A program made the position numbers and the translations under genes. From Bacillota bacterium (GTDB lineage: Bacteria; Bacillota_I; Bacilli_A; ML615J-28; CAG-313), in assembly GCA_963648435.1 (NCBI GenBank), contig CAVJDT010000003.1, forward strand, positions 14,582-78,581: 64,000 nucleotides of DNA. The letters run 5' to 3'. The first letter of the stretch is position 1. The number at the start of each line of letters is the position of its first letter. The notes under the pieces are model-generated. The model was given only the letters and a program-made list of their open reading frames with translations, was not told the DNA's origin and did not search any database. Positions 54,713 through 64,000 of the stretch are shown piece after piece.

Positions 54713-55127
54713 GATATTTTTTTACCATTAATACCTTAGTGCCCTCATTAACACGTGATGTAACATCTAGTTTATCAGTGAATACTTCCATTATTGTAAA
54801 GCCAAGGCCTGCCCTTTCTTCATCTATTTTTGTACTAAATAATGGTTCTTTTGCTTTTTCAATATCTTTTATGCCAATTCCATAGTCAACTACTTCAATA
54901 TAAATATTTTCTAAATCAAAGCGAAGATTTAATTCTACTTTTTTTGAACTATCATTCAAATATCCGTGAACAATCGCATTAGTTACAGCTTCTGATACAA
55001 TTGTTTTAATTTCATTAACTGTGCTAATTGGTAAATTTAATTCAACCAAAAAAGCCGTGGTAATGGTTCTAGCAAGTAAAACATTTTCATTACGTGCTAA
55101 AAAGCTTGTTTTTAATTCATTATACAT
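54693..55127 (-). CDS. spoIIAB: anti-sigma F factor (serine kinase, HATPase_c)
   Basis: ..SEAVTNAIVHGY..GLGF; 145 aa after the start is moved to MYNELKT, which overlaps the spoIIAA stop by 1 nt. Confidence 0.8.
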   Translation of the reverse strand: MYNELKTSFLARNENVLLARTITTAFLVELNLPISTVNEIKTIVSEAVTNAIVHGYLNDSSKKVELNLRFDLENIYIEVVDYGIGIKDIEKAKEPLFSTKIDEERAGLGFTIMEVFTDKLDVTSRVNEGTKVLMVKKYHEQGEY

Positions 55128-55477
55128 TATGCTACCTCCAAATAATTTTCCGCTTCTTGTTCGTTTGAAGCAATTATACAAATTTTTTTAAGGCCTGACA
55201 AAGCCACAATCCTACTTATTATTTCATTCATTGAACAAATTACAATTTTTCCATTTCTTTTTCTAATTTGTGAAAATCGACCAATAATAAACCCAATTCC
55301 ACTACTATCCATAAAAGTTACTTTCTCAAAATTGATAATTAAATGTTTAATCATATATTTATCGATAATTTCACTTACCCGAATCTTTAAATTTTCGGTT
55401 ACTGATTGATCAAGTTCACCATTTAGTCTAATGAATAAGCGATTTTTTCTAATTGCCATTTGCATATTTAATGCCAT
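55127..55477 (-). CDS. spoIIAA: anti-sigma F factor antagonist (STAS domain)
   Basis: 116 aa; phosphorylatable Ser in DSSGIGFIIGR. Confidence 0.8.
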   Translation of the reverse strand: MALNMQMAIRKNRLFIRLNGELDQSVTENLKIRVSEIIDKYMIKHLIINFEKVTFMDSSGIGFIIGRFSQIRKRNGKIVICSMNEIISRIVALSGLKKICIIASNEQEAENYLEVA

Positions 55478-55655
55478 TTTTACACCCCCTTAAATATTGT
55501 ACCAAACAATATACCAAGATTCAATAACAATTATTTAATCTATTATTTTATGACATAATTCGAACCATCATACTTTGTCAAATAACATAAAAAATAAAAA
55601 AACAAACCAACTTTATCAATTAGTTTGTTACATTTAACTTAAAATTAAAATAAAA

Positions 55656-56825
55656 TCAAAAAATTTGTTTAATTATTAACCTTAAGACATTAATAAAGGA
55701 ATTTTTCTTTGGCTTTTTTTCTAGTTCTAATGGTACTTCACCTATTAATTTATCATCAACATATACTTTCAATTTACCAATGTTATATTGATTTAAATTA
55801 TTAATTTTTTCAATATCATATTCAATTTCAATTCTTGGATTATTTAGTTTAGTATTTTTCTTTATAACTTTAACAACACTATTACTTGTAATAATATTAT
55901 AAGTTGAAGGGTCAAGTAATATATTCTTATCCTTTTTTACTTCTGTATTTTTAGGAACAATAACCATTTTCTCATATGTTGCAAACCCATAATTTAAAAG
56001 TGCTAAAGTATCTTCACTACGGTGAGGCACCGTATCAACATTCATCACTACTGAAATTAAACGCATACCGTCTTTTTTCTTGGTACAAGTCAAACAGTAA
56101 CCTGCACTTTCGGTCCATCCAGTCTTTAAACCATCAACTCCTTCGGCATGTTTAATGAGTTTATTGGTATTAACAAGCCAAAAAGGTTTATCAGTATCTT
56201 CTCTTACATAATCTTCATATTTACTAGTATATGGAATAATTTCATCTTCATATTTAATTAATAGATTACGAGCAATCATGGCCATATCATAACTTGAACT
56301 ATAATGATTATTTGTAGGAAGACCGGTAACATTACTAAAATGGGTATTTTTAAGTCCTAATTTTTTTACTTCATCATTCATTTGAGCCACAAAAAACTCT
56401 TCACTTCCACTTATTCCTTCCGAAAGAGATGTTGCGGCATCGTTTGCAGATGCAATAACCATGGCTTTAAATAAGTCTTCAACCTTCATTTTTTCGCCAA
56501 CTTCTAAAAATATCTGGGTACCACCTTTACTTTTGGCATTTTCACTAGTTGATAACATTTGATTTTTTTCAATTCTTTTAGAAGCTATGGCATCTAACAC
56601 TAGTTTCATAGTCATTATTTTAGTCATACTAGCTGGTTCATATCTTTCATGAGCATTATATTCATATAAAACCGTACCTGTTTCTACTTCTACTAAAATA
56701 GCACTTTTGGCATATTTAACAAGTTCTTCATCTGCTTTTATATGTTTTATATTTTTTATAAATAATAAGCCAACAACAACTAATCCAAATATCATATTTT
56801 TAATAATAAATTTTATTTTTCTCAT
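55656..56825 (-). CDS. dacF: D-alanyl-D-alanine carboxypeptidase (S11 family), sporulation-associated
   Basis: Signal peptide; SMTK (SxxK), SAN and KTG boxes. Located immediately upstream of spoIIAA, as Bacillus dacF is. Confidence 0.8.
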   Translation of the reverse strand: MRKIKFIIKNMIFGLVVVGLLFIKNIKHIKADEELVKYAKSAILVEVETGTVLYEYNAHERYEPASMTKIMTMKLVLDAIASKRIEKNQMLSTSENAKSKGGTQIFLEVGEKMKVEDLFKAMVIASANDAATSLSEGISGSEEFFVAQMNDEVKKLGLKNTHFSNVTGLPTNNHYSSSYDMAMIARNLLIKYEDEIIPYTSKYEDYVREDTDKPFWLVNTNKLIKHAEGVDGLKTGWTESAGYCLTCTKKKDGMRLISVVMNVDTVPHRSEDTLALLNYGFATYEKMVIVPKNTEVKKDKNILLDPSTYNIITSNSVVKVIKKNTKLNNPRIEIEYDIEKINNLNQYNIGKLKVYVDDKLIGEVPLELEKKPKKNSFINVLRLIIKQIF

Positions 56826-56917
56826 ATCATTACCTCAACAAATTATATGAGAAATCTTTTAAAATAATGCAAAAAAAACACCAAATTAGGGTTGTTCTAT
56901 AAGGCTTTTACGTGAAA

Positions 56918-56952
56918 AAACCATACCTATGAAGATATGGCTTTTTCTTTAC
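56918..56952. terminator. bidirectional rho-independent terminator
   Basis: AAAAAACCATAcctatgaagaTATGGCTTTTTC, flanked by an A-run and a T-run. Confidence 0.6.
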
Positions 56953-57267
56953 ATCATAAAGCTTTTCTTATATAATAAATTTGCTCAAAAATACCAAAAA
57001 GAAGATTTATGACTAGTTATGATTGTATACCACAACTACTAAAAAATCAAGGGAGATACTTGATAAAAGCATTGAAATATACACTAAAATATCTCCAAAA
57101 GACGAAGAATATGATTGAACTAATTGTGGTTTCACAAACAACCATATTCATAGCTATTACATCAAAAAAAATTAAATATTCTAACTTTTACTTTAACCAT
57201 GTAATTATTTTTTATATCATTATTATGCCATCTTTTATATCAAAAGAGCATAACTTGAAACTATATT

Positions 57268-58194
57268 TTATTTTGTTCCTTTCGGAAATACAAACCTTAT
57301 TGCATTAGGGATACTTTCAATTTCGATTTTATTCATATGGAAAGTTTCACCGTCTAAGCACAAGCAAAGCAAATCATCACTTTCAATTGTAACTTTTGAA
57401 CTTTTTCCATAAGTAATAAACTTTTTAAATTTAGGATTATCAAGATGCTCACCAGCCTTATAGTATTTAATAAGTCTAGCAAATGTTAAAATACTAACTT
57501 TTTTTACGACCACAATATCAAGTAGTCCATCATCACATAAAGCATAAGGTGCACACCTAAAACCACCGCCATAATACTGGCCATTAGCCACAACAATCAA
57601 TAATGCTTTTTTATGAAATAAAATCTCATCATTATCAATTGTTATTTTAACCATATCACCAAGTGGTCTTAAAACATTTCTAATTATCGCATGATTATAG
57701 GATTGTTTAACTGTTTTATATTTATATCTAAAACGAACACAATCATAATTAACCTTAGCATCATAACCAATGTTAGCAACATTTAGTGAGTAACGGTCAT
57801 TAACTTTTAAAACATCTATTGTCTTTTCTTCACCATCTATTAAATTTTCAATATTAAAAAAGTCATGCTCAGGATAACTTTTTAAAAAATCATTACAAGA
57901 ACCAACTGGTACAATGGTCATACGAGAATGAGGATATCCAACGATTCCATTAACTGCTTCAAAACAAGTTCCATCGCCACCACAAATGTAAAAAGTAATA
58001 TCTTCTGGTTTTTCTTTTGTTTCATTTGCAATCGAGCGCCTTTTTATTTCCATAGTCGCATCATTAGGACCCGTAGTTACATAAATTTCGTAAGTATCAT
58101 TTCTTTTTTCAAATATTTTTTCCAGTTTTTCTTCTAAATTTTTAGTGGAATCATGTCTCCCCGCAAAAGGATTTATTATGAAGCAATGTTTCAT
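57268..58194 (-). CDS. diacylglycerol-kinase-catalytic-domain lipid kinase (DagK/YegS family)
   Basis: Begins MKHCFIINPFAGRHD and contains a GGDGT motif. The start was set at this Met (GAGGAG RBS) rather than the track's upstream Met. Confidence 0.8.
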   Translation of the reverse strand: MKHCFIINPFAGRHDSTKNLEEKLEKIFEKRNDTYEIYVTTGPNDATMEIKRRSIANETKEKPEDITFYICGGDGTCFEAVNGIVGYPHSRMTIVPVGSCNDFLKSYPEHDFFNIENLIDGEEKTIDVLKVNDRYSLNVANIGYDAKVNYDCVRFRYKYKTVKQSYNHAIIRNVLRPLGDMVKITIDNDEILFHKKALLIVVANGQYYGGGFRCAPYALCDDGLLDIVVVKKVSILTFARLIKYYKAGEHLDNPKFKKFITYGKSSKVTIESDDLLCLCLDGETFHMNKIEIESIPNAIRFVFPKGTK

Positions 58195-58276
58195 TGATAT
58201 CAACTCCTCGTTATATTGTACCATAAAATGACAAAAAATGCTACAATTAAACAATATTAAGAGGTAAGTTAACTAC

Positions 58277-59230
58277 TTATTTATTTTTTGATTCATATTT
58301 ATAACAAAAATCAATCACTTTATTGACATATGCATCACGATCAGTACGATAACTTTTCGCATGGGCAGCTCCTTTTACAATCATTAATTCCTTTGGCCCA
58401 TCATATGATTCATAATTTTTAAGGGTCATCCAAGTAGGTACATAATTATCGCTATCACCATGAATAAATAAAATAGGTATTTTTGTATGGGTTAAAGCCT
58501 CTATTGTATTTTCCCTTTTGCAATCATATTTGACAATTAGTTTTACATATAGTCTAACAATCGGAATTAAAACAAAACCAGGAATATGAAAATTAGTTTT
58601 ACAAACATGACACATTTGTTCATAACCACTTGTAAAGCCACAATCTTCAATAATTCCTTTTACCGATTCATCAAGTCCATATTTTGGTGCCATCATAACT
58701 GCGTTTGCCCCCATGGATACACCATGAAGGTAAATATCATATTGATGAGGCCATCTTCTATTAACTTCATCAACCCATAATTTAAGATTATGTCCATCTA
58801 AAGCTCCAAATCCAATGTTACTTCCTTCACTTGGGTAATGACCCCTATGGGTAACTACTAATATATCAAAATCATCACGTTCAAAATAAAATCTGGAATA
58901 TAAAACACAATCCCTTAATGCTTGGCCTTGCCAGCCATGACTAAGAATCACAAGTTTAGTATTATTTTGTTTACGTTTATAAAAATAACCAGTTACTTTA
59001 AGTCCATCACATCCTGTTATGCTAAGTGTTTCATGAGGCATACTCCTTAACATATCTCTTACTTCAATGCATTCAGGATCTCTTATTCTTATTTTTTCAT
59101 CATAATCATCAATTTTATCATCAGGGAAACGTTTATAGCAATATCTAAAAACAATGATTGCACCTACAAATAATATTAAAATTAATGCTAAAAGAGCAAT
59201 TCCTACAATTATAAGTATAGTCTTTACCAT
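58277..59230 (-). CDS. alpha/beta-hydrolase family protein with an N-terminal TM anchor
   Basis: GxSxG nucleophile elbow (HGVSMGA); Asp/His downstream (..HGDSD..AAHA). Confidence 0.65.
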   Translation of the reverse strand: MVKTILIIVGIALLALILILFVGAIIVFRYCYKRFPDDKIDDYDEKIRIRDPECIEVRDMLRSMPHETLSITGCDGLKVTGYFYKRKQNNTKLVILSHGWQGQALRDCVLYSRFYFERDDFDILVVTHRGHYPSEGSNIGFGALDGHNLKLWVDEVNRRWPHQYDIYLHGVSMGANAVMMAPKYGLDESVKGIIEDCGFTSGYEQMCHVCKTNFHIPGFVLIPIVRLYVKLIVKYDCKRENTIEALTHTKIPILFIHGDSDNYVPTWMTLKNYESYDGPKELMIVKGAAHAKSYRTDRDAYVNKVIDFCYKYESKNK

Positions 59231-59237
59231 TTTTCAC

Positions 59238-60698
59238 CTATCTAAAATACTTTTCTGTTAATTTTTTGATTTTTTCAATTACTTCAAATGTCAGTAATTC
59301 CTTTTTTACGCGCCATTTCCAGTTACATCCAACGGTTGATGGGGTATTAATTCTTGATGATTCATCTAAACCTAAATAATCTTGAAGAGGAATAATTGCC
59401 GTAGAAGCAATACTACTTAAAGCAGCTTCAACTAAAGCAATTGGAATTTCATCTTCATCTTCTAAATTAAAATAAGTGATAATTTGATCAATTTGGTCAA
59501 TACTTAAGGTTTTAACCCAACCAACAAGGGGAAGGTTATCGTGAGTACCAGTATAAACAACCGTCTTTTCAACATAATTATGTGGTAAATAATTATTGTC
59601 TTTTCTACCATCAAAAGCAAACTCCAAAACTCTCATTCCCGGAAAACCAGTGCGATTAAGCAGGCGATAAACCTCAGGGGTGAGATAACCTAAATCTTCC
59701 ATAATCATCTTAAGGTGTTTGTGTTCTTTAAAAAGTTCAGCGAAAATATCAAAATTTGGGCCTTTTTCCCAGTGTCCGTTTTTCGCAGTTTTATCAGTTG
59801 AAGGAATCGCAAAATAAGCCTCAAATCCTCTAAAATGATCAATCCTTAATACATCAAACATTTTTAAACAATGATTTAAACGCCGCATCCACCATTTATA
59901 ATTATTCTTTTTCATTTCTTGATAATTATAAAGTGGATTACCCCAAAGTTGACCGTCTTTACAAAAACTATCAGGTGGACATCCTGCTACCATTGTTGGT
60001 TTTAAATTTTCATCTAATTGAAATTCCTCAGGATTTTGCCACACATCACTACTATCATAAGCTACATAAATTGGTAAATCACCAATTATTTGAATACCTT
60101 TTTGATGTGCATAATTCTTAAGTTTTTCATAGTTTGTATAAAACATATATTGAATGAATAAATGAAGATTTACATCATCTTTGATGTTATTATTTATTTC
60201 TTCACTTATATTTCCTTTAATTACATCACTTGGCCATTCATTAAAACTTTTTTCATGAAAATATGTTTTTAAGGCCCTAAACTTGGCATAGCCAATTACC
60301 CATTCACTTTCTCTTTCAATGAATTCATCATATTTTTGAGGTGGATTTTTAAAGAATTTTAAGGAAGCTTTTTTATATAAATTCATTCTTGAAACTTTTA
60401 AATTATCATAATTGACAAAATCAATCGTTGTTTGTTGAAACTCTAAATCTTTTTTAGTTATTAATTTTTCTAAGTATAAATATTCCAAATCTAAGTATAA
60501 GCCACTACCAGCAAACGTACTATAGGTTTGATATGGGGAATCTCCATATGTGGTTGGTCCAAGTGGTAATATTTGCCAATAGGTTTGTTTGGCATCACTT
60601 AAAAAATCAATAAACGCATAGGCTTCTTCACCTAATGTGCCAATTCCATATTTTCCTGGTAAACTACTAATTGGTAATAATATTCCTGCAGCTCTCAT
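59238..60698 (-). CDS. malQ: 4-alpha-glucanotransferase (amylomaltase, GH77)
   Basis: AGILLPISSLPGKYGIG N-terminus; RIDHFRGF; catalytic-region motifs. The start was set at MRAAG (AGGAGGA RBS). Confidence 0.85.
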   Translation of the reverse strand: MRAAGILLPISSLPGKYGIGTLGEEAYAFIDFLSDAKQTYWQILPLGPTTYGDSPYQTYSTFAGSGLYLDLEYLYLEKLITKKDLEFQQTTIDFVNYDNLKVSRMNLYKKASLKFFKNPPQKYDEFIERESEWVIGYAKFRALKTYFHEKSFNEWPSDVIKGNISEEINNNIKDDVNLHLFIQYMFYTNYEKLKNYAHQKGIQIIGDLPIYVAYDSSDVWQNPEEFQLDENLKPTMVAGCPPDSFCKDGQLWGNPLYNYQEMKKNNYKWWMRRLNHCLKMFDVLRIDHFRGFEAYFAIPSTDKTAKNGHWEKGPNFDIFAELFKEHKHLKMIMEDLGYLTPEVYRLLNRTGFPGMRVLEFAFDGRKDNNYLPHNYVEKTVVYTGTHDNLPLVGWVKTLSIDQIDQIITYFNLEDEDEIPIALVEAALSSIASTAIIPLQDYLGLDESSRINTPSTVGCNWKWRVKKELLTFEVIEKIKKLTEKYFR

Positions 60699-60708
60699 AA
60701 GTTTCCTC

Positions 60709-61716
60709 CTATAATAATTTAATATTTTTGTGATTAAGCTCATCAATTATTTCTTTGGGCCAAACCGAAACTTGAACTTCACCAATATGAGCTTTTTGTA
60801 ACATAAACATACAAAGTCTAGATTGGCCAATTCCCCCACCAATAGTAAGGGGTAAAACTTTATTAATAATGTTTTGACAATACTCATTTTTTAATTTTTC
60901 CATTTCCTTTTTTTCAGCTAATTGTTTTACTAAACTAGTATCATCTACTCTTATTCCCATTGATGAAAGTTCAAATGCACATTGAATAACCTCATTCCAA
61001 ACAAGAATATCCCCATTTAAATTCCAATCATCATAATCGGCAGCTCTCCCATCATGGGATTTACCATTTGCAAGAGGCCATCCAATTCGATAAAGAAAAA
61101 CGGCTTTATATTCCTTAACAACTTCATCTTCTCTTTCTTTAGTTGTTAAATTAGGATATTTATCAAGAAGTTCGGTTGTACTTATAAACTTAATATCAGA
61201 TGGAAGATTTGTGGTAAGCGTTAAAAACTTATTTTTTACTAAAGTATTAACTTTTTTAATTACCTCATAAATGGTTCTAACCGTTTGAAAAAGATACTCA
61301 AGATTACGGTCACCATCATCAATAATTTTTTCCCAGTCCCACTGGTCAACATAAATGGAATGAATGGCATCAAGATCTTCATCTTTTCTAATTGCATTCA
61401 TATCCGTATAAATACCAAATCCTGGTTTCATATTATATTTTTTTAATGCATTTCGTTTCCACTTTGCAAGAGACTGAACAATTTCAACTTTTTCATTTAT
61501 GGTTTTAACATCAAAATTTACAACTCGCTCATAGCCGTTTAAGTAATCATTTAACCCACTTTGAGCAAGCACAAATAAAGGGGCGGAAACTCTCATTAAA
61601 TTTAAACCTTTAGCAAGTTCTTTTTCAAAAGTATCTTTCACAAATTTAATTGCAATTTCTGTTTCCTTTAAATCAAGTTTAGGGTTATAATTTTCAATTT
61701 TGTCAATGTATTTCAT
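60709..61716 (-). CDS. asnA: aspartate--ammonia ligase (asparagine synthetase A)
   Basis: ..RVSAPLFV..SLAKWKR..; class II aaRS-like fold; start set at MKYIDK. Confidence 0.8.
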   Translation of the reverse strand: MKYIDKIENYNPKLDLKETEIAIKFVKDTFEKELAKGLNLMRVSAPLFVLAQSGLNDYLNGYERVVNFDVKTINEKVEIVQSLAKWKRNALKKYNMKPGFGIYTDMNAIRKDEDLDAIHSIYVDQWDWEKIIDDGDRNLEYLFQTVRTIYEVIKKVNTLVKNKFLTLTTNLPSDIKFISTTELLDKYPNLTTKEREDEVVKEYKAVFLYRIGWPLANGKSHDGRAADYDDWNLNGDILVWNEVIQCAFELSSMGIRVDDTSLVKQLAEKKEMEKLKNEYCQNIINKVLPLTIGGGIGQSRLCMFMLQKAHIGEVQVSVWPKEIIDELNHKNIKLL

Positions 61717-61851
61717 ATAATCACCTTTTTTCATTAACAATTATACAATATTTTCATTTTTTTTACTTATAAATAGCGTTAGAACATCTATCATTATATT
61801 GTTTTTACGAAATAATATTTTTATACAAACATCAAGAAAAAACTCTAAAAG

Positions 61852-63690
61852 TTAGAGTTCTTTTTTAAGATAGTATTTAGTACTAATATGTTGATAATAA
61901 CTTAAAAGCGTTTGGATGGTACTTGAATTTTCCATTTCTACTAATTCATCATAATTACTTACTAAAGTCTTTCCATATTCAGTTAAATTATCATACATTG
62001 TTCTAACATAACCTATGGTAGTTGATGTGATATTAGCCTTTTCAGTAGTTAAATTATAAATATATACTTCTACTTTAGATGCATTATCAATACTTTGTTG
62101 AATCTCATCTTTTGCCCATTTGGCATATAAAATTACTTTTTGACCTGGTTTTACCGATTTAACTGGTTCACCCTCATAATTAGGATTATCATACCAACCA
62201 ATAAACGAATATCCTCTTAGTTTAAGGCTAGTTGGAAGAATTACTTCTCCTTTTAATAAAGTTGGAAGTTCACCATAAACAACTGATGAAGTAAAATTGT
62301 AACAATCTTTCATTCGGTCAGTTTTAACATAGCAAGTATCAACTGTATAATAGAAGAATTTACAAGTATCAACAAGTGCAGCCCAAGCCTCAGCATATAA
62401 ATCCGCTCCATAATTGTCTTTTTTTGCATAGCCTTCATCAATACGCCAATAAGCAAAAAAACGACTTAAAAAATCAATAAAATCACGATGTTTATTATTT
62501 TCAAGACAATATCCAATAAAAGTACTAGCCGACTGATTTTCCATAATACCATTAATATCACGTGTTAAATAGTACTCAGCGAACTCATCACCAATAGCTC
62601 GCATTTGACCTCGCCCCGCATTATAATCACTTGCATAATCTAAAAAGTCTTGACAAGTTTTAATGTTTCTTGTTTCAAGAGTAACACTGCCAAAATTAGC
62701 ATTAATAAAGTAGTAATAATCACTCATAAAAGCAATAAATAATTCTTCACGGGATGTGTAAATACTACTACCTAAAACATAGGTAATTTGATTAGGGCTT
62801 TTTTCAATATCATCAATTGCTTGAAGAGCATTTTCTAGTTTATAATAAAGATTAACATATTTTTTTGCATCGAGTCTTAAATTATCATATGCATCCTTTA
62901 CTTCATAAATATAAGTTTTATCAGAATATGAAACAATACTTGGAATTTTCGCAATCATTACATTCATTGCTTTAGCATCACTATACCTTTGATTTAATAT
63001 GTATGATTCTAATTTTTTCATACTATCTGTTAGTTTGTCATAATTAGTTACATATGGTCTTGAGGCTTTAGCTAATGCATCATATGCGGCTTTCGCATTA
63101 TTGATGTTTTCTTCTTCATTTTCATCAATTGTTTCACCAATTTTATCAATTAAATCAACTACTGTTTGGGCTTCTTTTTTGTATCTTTCTGTTTGTTTTA
63201 AGGAAGAAAGATATAATTCTGCATTTCCAAGATATGAATAGTTAGTTATTAAACTTTTTTCATCAATGTTTAATTCATCATATAGTGTTCTTGCATAAAT
63301 AATTTGTTCTTCATCTTCAAGTGATATTATTTTAATTAGTGCATTGATGGCATCTTTTGTATTTGCTACTTTATCATAATCAATGATAATTTCCCATTTG
63401 GCATATAAAGTAACTTTTTCAGTTTTTGTTGCTTCATAATTAAAATAGGCTTCACCTGAAAAATCTTCTTGTTTAAACCAACCTAGAAATTTGTAATTAT
63501 CACGAGTTGGCATATAAAGTCCTGATATCATCCCTACTTCAATGTTATGTGTCGTTACTTCAATGTTTCCACCATTTGCAACATAGGTAATTTCTACTAC
63601 ACCTTTATTATTAGTTTTCTTACAACTTGTAAATGTTAGCACAAGGCAAATTAGACTCAAAACAAGAGTAAATTGTATTACTTTTTTCAT
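61852..63690 (-). CDS. surface lipoprotein with Listeria-Bacteroides (Flg_new) repeat modules at both ends
   Basis: Lipobox LVLTFTSC. N- and C-terminal ~70-aa modules end in ..F.GW(F/Y)..........V.LYAKW. The central ~400 aa are unassigned. Confidence 0.5.
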   Translation of the reverse strand: MKKVIQFTLVLSLICLVLTFTSCKKTNNKGVVEITYVANGGNIEVTTHNIEVGMISGLYMPTRDNYKFLGWFKQEDFSGEAYFNYEATKTEKVTLYAKWEIIIDYDKVANTKDAINALIKIISLEDEEQIIYARTLYDELNIDEKSLITNYSYLGNAELYLSSLKQTERYKKEAQTVVDLIDKIGETIDENEEENINNAKAAYDALAKASRPYVTNYDKLTDSMKKLESYILNQRYSDAKAMNVMIAKIPSIVSYSDKTYIYEVKDAYDNLRLDAKKYVNLYYKLENALQAIDDIEKSPNQITYVLGSSIYTSREELFIAFMSDYYYFINANFGSVTLETRNIKTCQDFLDYASDYNAGRGQMRAIGDEFAEYYLTRDINGIMENQSASTFIGYCLENNKHRDFIDFLSRFFAYWRIDEGYAKKDNYGADLYAEAWAALVDTCKFFYYTVDTCYVKTDRMKDCYNFTSSVVYGELPTLLKGEVILPTSLKLRGYSFIGWYDNPNYEGEPVKSVKPGQKVILYAKWAKDEIQQSIDNASKVEVYIYNLTTEKANITSTTIGYVRTMYDNLTEYGKTLVSNYDELVEMENSSTIQTLLSYYQHISTKYYLKKEL

Positions 63691-63693
63691 TTA

Positions 63694-64000
63694 TTACTTT
63701 CCTCTTATTACTTTTAATATTATATTATTGGGTTTAACTTCATCACTTGATAATACATAAGCATCTAAAATTAAATCTATGGCTGCTTTAGTACCTTTAC
63801 CATTAGTGTATATTTTAGCAAGGACATCACCTTTTGATACTTTATCACCAATTTTCTTTAAGACTTTTACCCCTACCGCCTCATCAATGACATCTTCTTT
63901 AGTTGCACGACCTGCTCCAAGTAGCATTGCGGCCTCACCAATTTTTAAAGCATCAATTTCTGAAATATAAGCATCAATATCCTCTAAATATTCTAAATTA
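63694..64000 (-). CDS. pdp: pyrimidine-nucleoside (thymidine) phosphorylase, C-terminal part; 5' end outside the window
   Basis: The frame is open to the window end. ..KIGEAAMLLGAGRATKEDVIDEAVGVKV..GDVLAKIY matches the Pdp/DeoA C-terminal domain. Confidence 0.75.
   Translation of the reverse strand, partial: NLEYLEDIDAYISEIDALKIGEAAMLLGAGRATKEDVIDEAVGVKVLKKIGDKVSKGDVLAKIYTNGKGTKAAIDLILDAYVLSSDEVKPNNIILKVIRGK

Noticed and set aside
57009-57308. 99-aa plus-strand ORF in the dacF / lipid-kinase intergenic region
   Set aside because: It has no RBS, overlaps a terminator hairpin and the 3' end of the minus-strand kinase gene, and its composition is AT-rich noise.
1-64000. Mobile elements, prophage, genomic island boundaries
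   Set aside because: I saw no integrase, transposase, recombinase, phage structural gene or flanking direct repeats of tRNA fragments. The single tRNA is followed directly by housekeeping rarA.

Overview
This window is a low-GC (~29%) segment of an endospore-forming Bacillota-type chromosome that uses the standard genetic code. It carries about 70 genes, mostly on the minus strand. I saw no transposase, integrase, phage gene or CRISPR array.

Genes, in order through the window:
- An aromatic amino-acid operon on the plus strand (AroE-AroK fusion, type II dehydroquinase, DAHP synthase).
- A convergent minus-strand type IV pilus/competence-pseudopilus cluster: four to five pilin-like genes, a PilC platform and a PilB ATPase, in a non-canonical order. 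Upstream of it sit seven perfect 21-bp direct repeats and a polytopic-membrane LuxR-type regulator.
- tmcAL and mrp, then DUF1292-ruvX-alaS, with a T-box leader on alaS.
- A 1111-aa membrane-anchored coiled-coil protein with two internal tandem-repeat arrays, next to a smaller paralog that ends in a zinc ribbon.
- An AI-2E transporter, gap, a BI-1-like protein, polC and an ABC-F ATPase.
- A CssRS-like two-component system with htrA.
- A tRNA-Thr(GGU) candidate, rarA, an FtsK/SpoIIIE-like protein with degenerate Walker motifs, rpmG (missed by the ORF track) and mscL.
- An Fe-ADH, ppiB, and the yqzL-recO-era-cdd-ybeY-phoH block.
- RNase J and spoVAC-AD-AEb-AF.
- A CPA2 antiporter translationally coupled to a PII-like protein.
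- cadC-cadA.
- The dacF-spoIIAA-spoIIAB operon, whose sigma factor is unusually compact.
- A DAG-kinase-like lipid kinase, an alpha/beta hydrolase, malQ, asnA, a surface lipoprotein and the 3' end of pdp.

Coordinates of non-ORF features were read by eye and are approximate to within a few nt. Several N-termini in the ORF track are over-extended (TTG or upstream Met). I give corrected starts where an RBS supports them.
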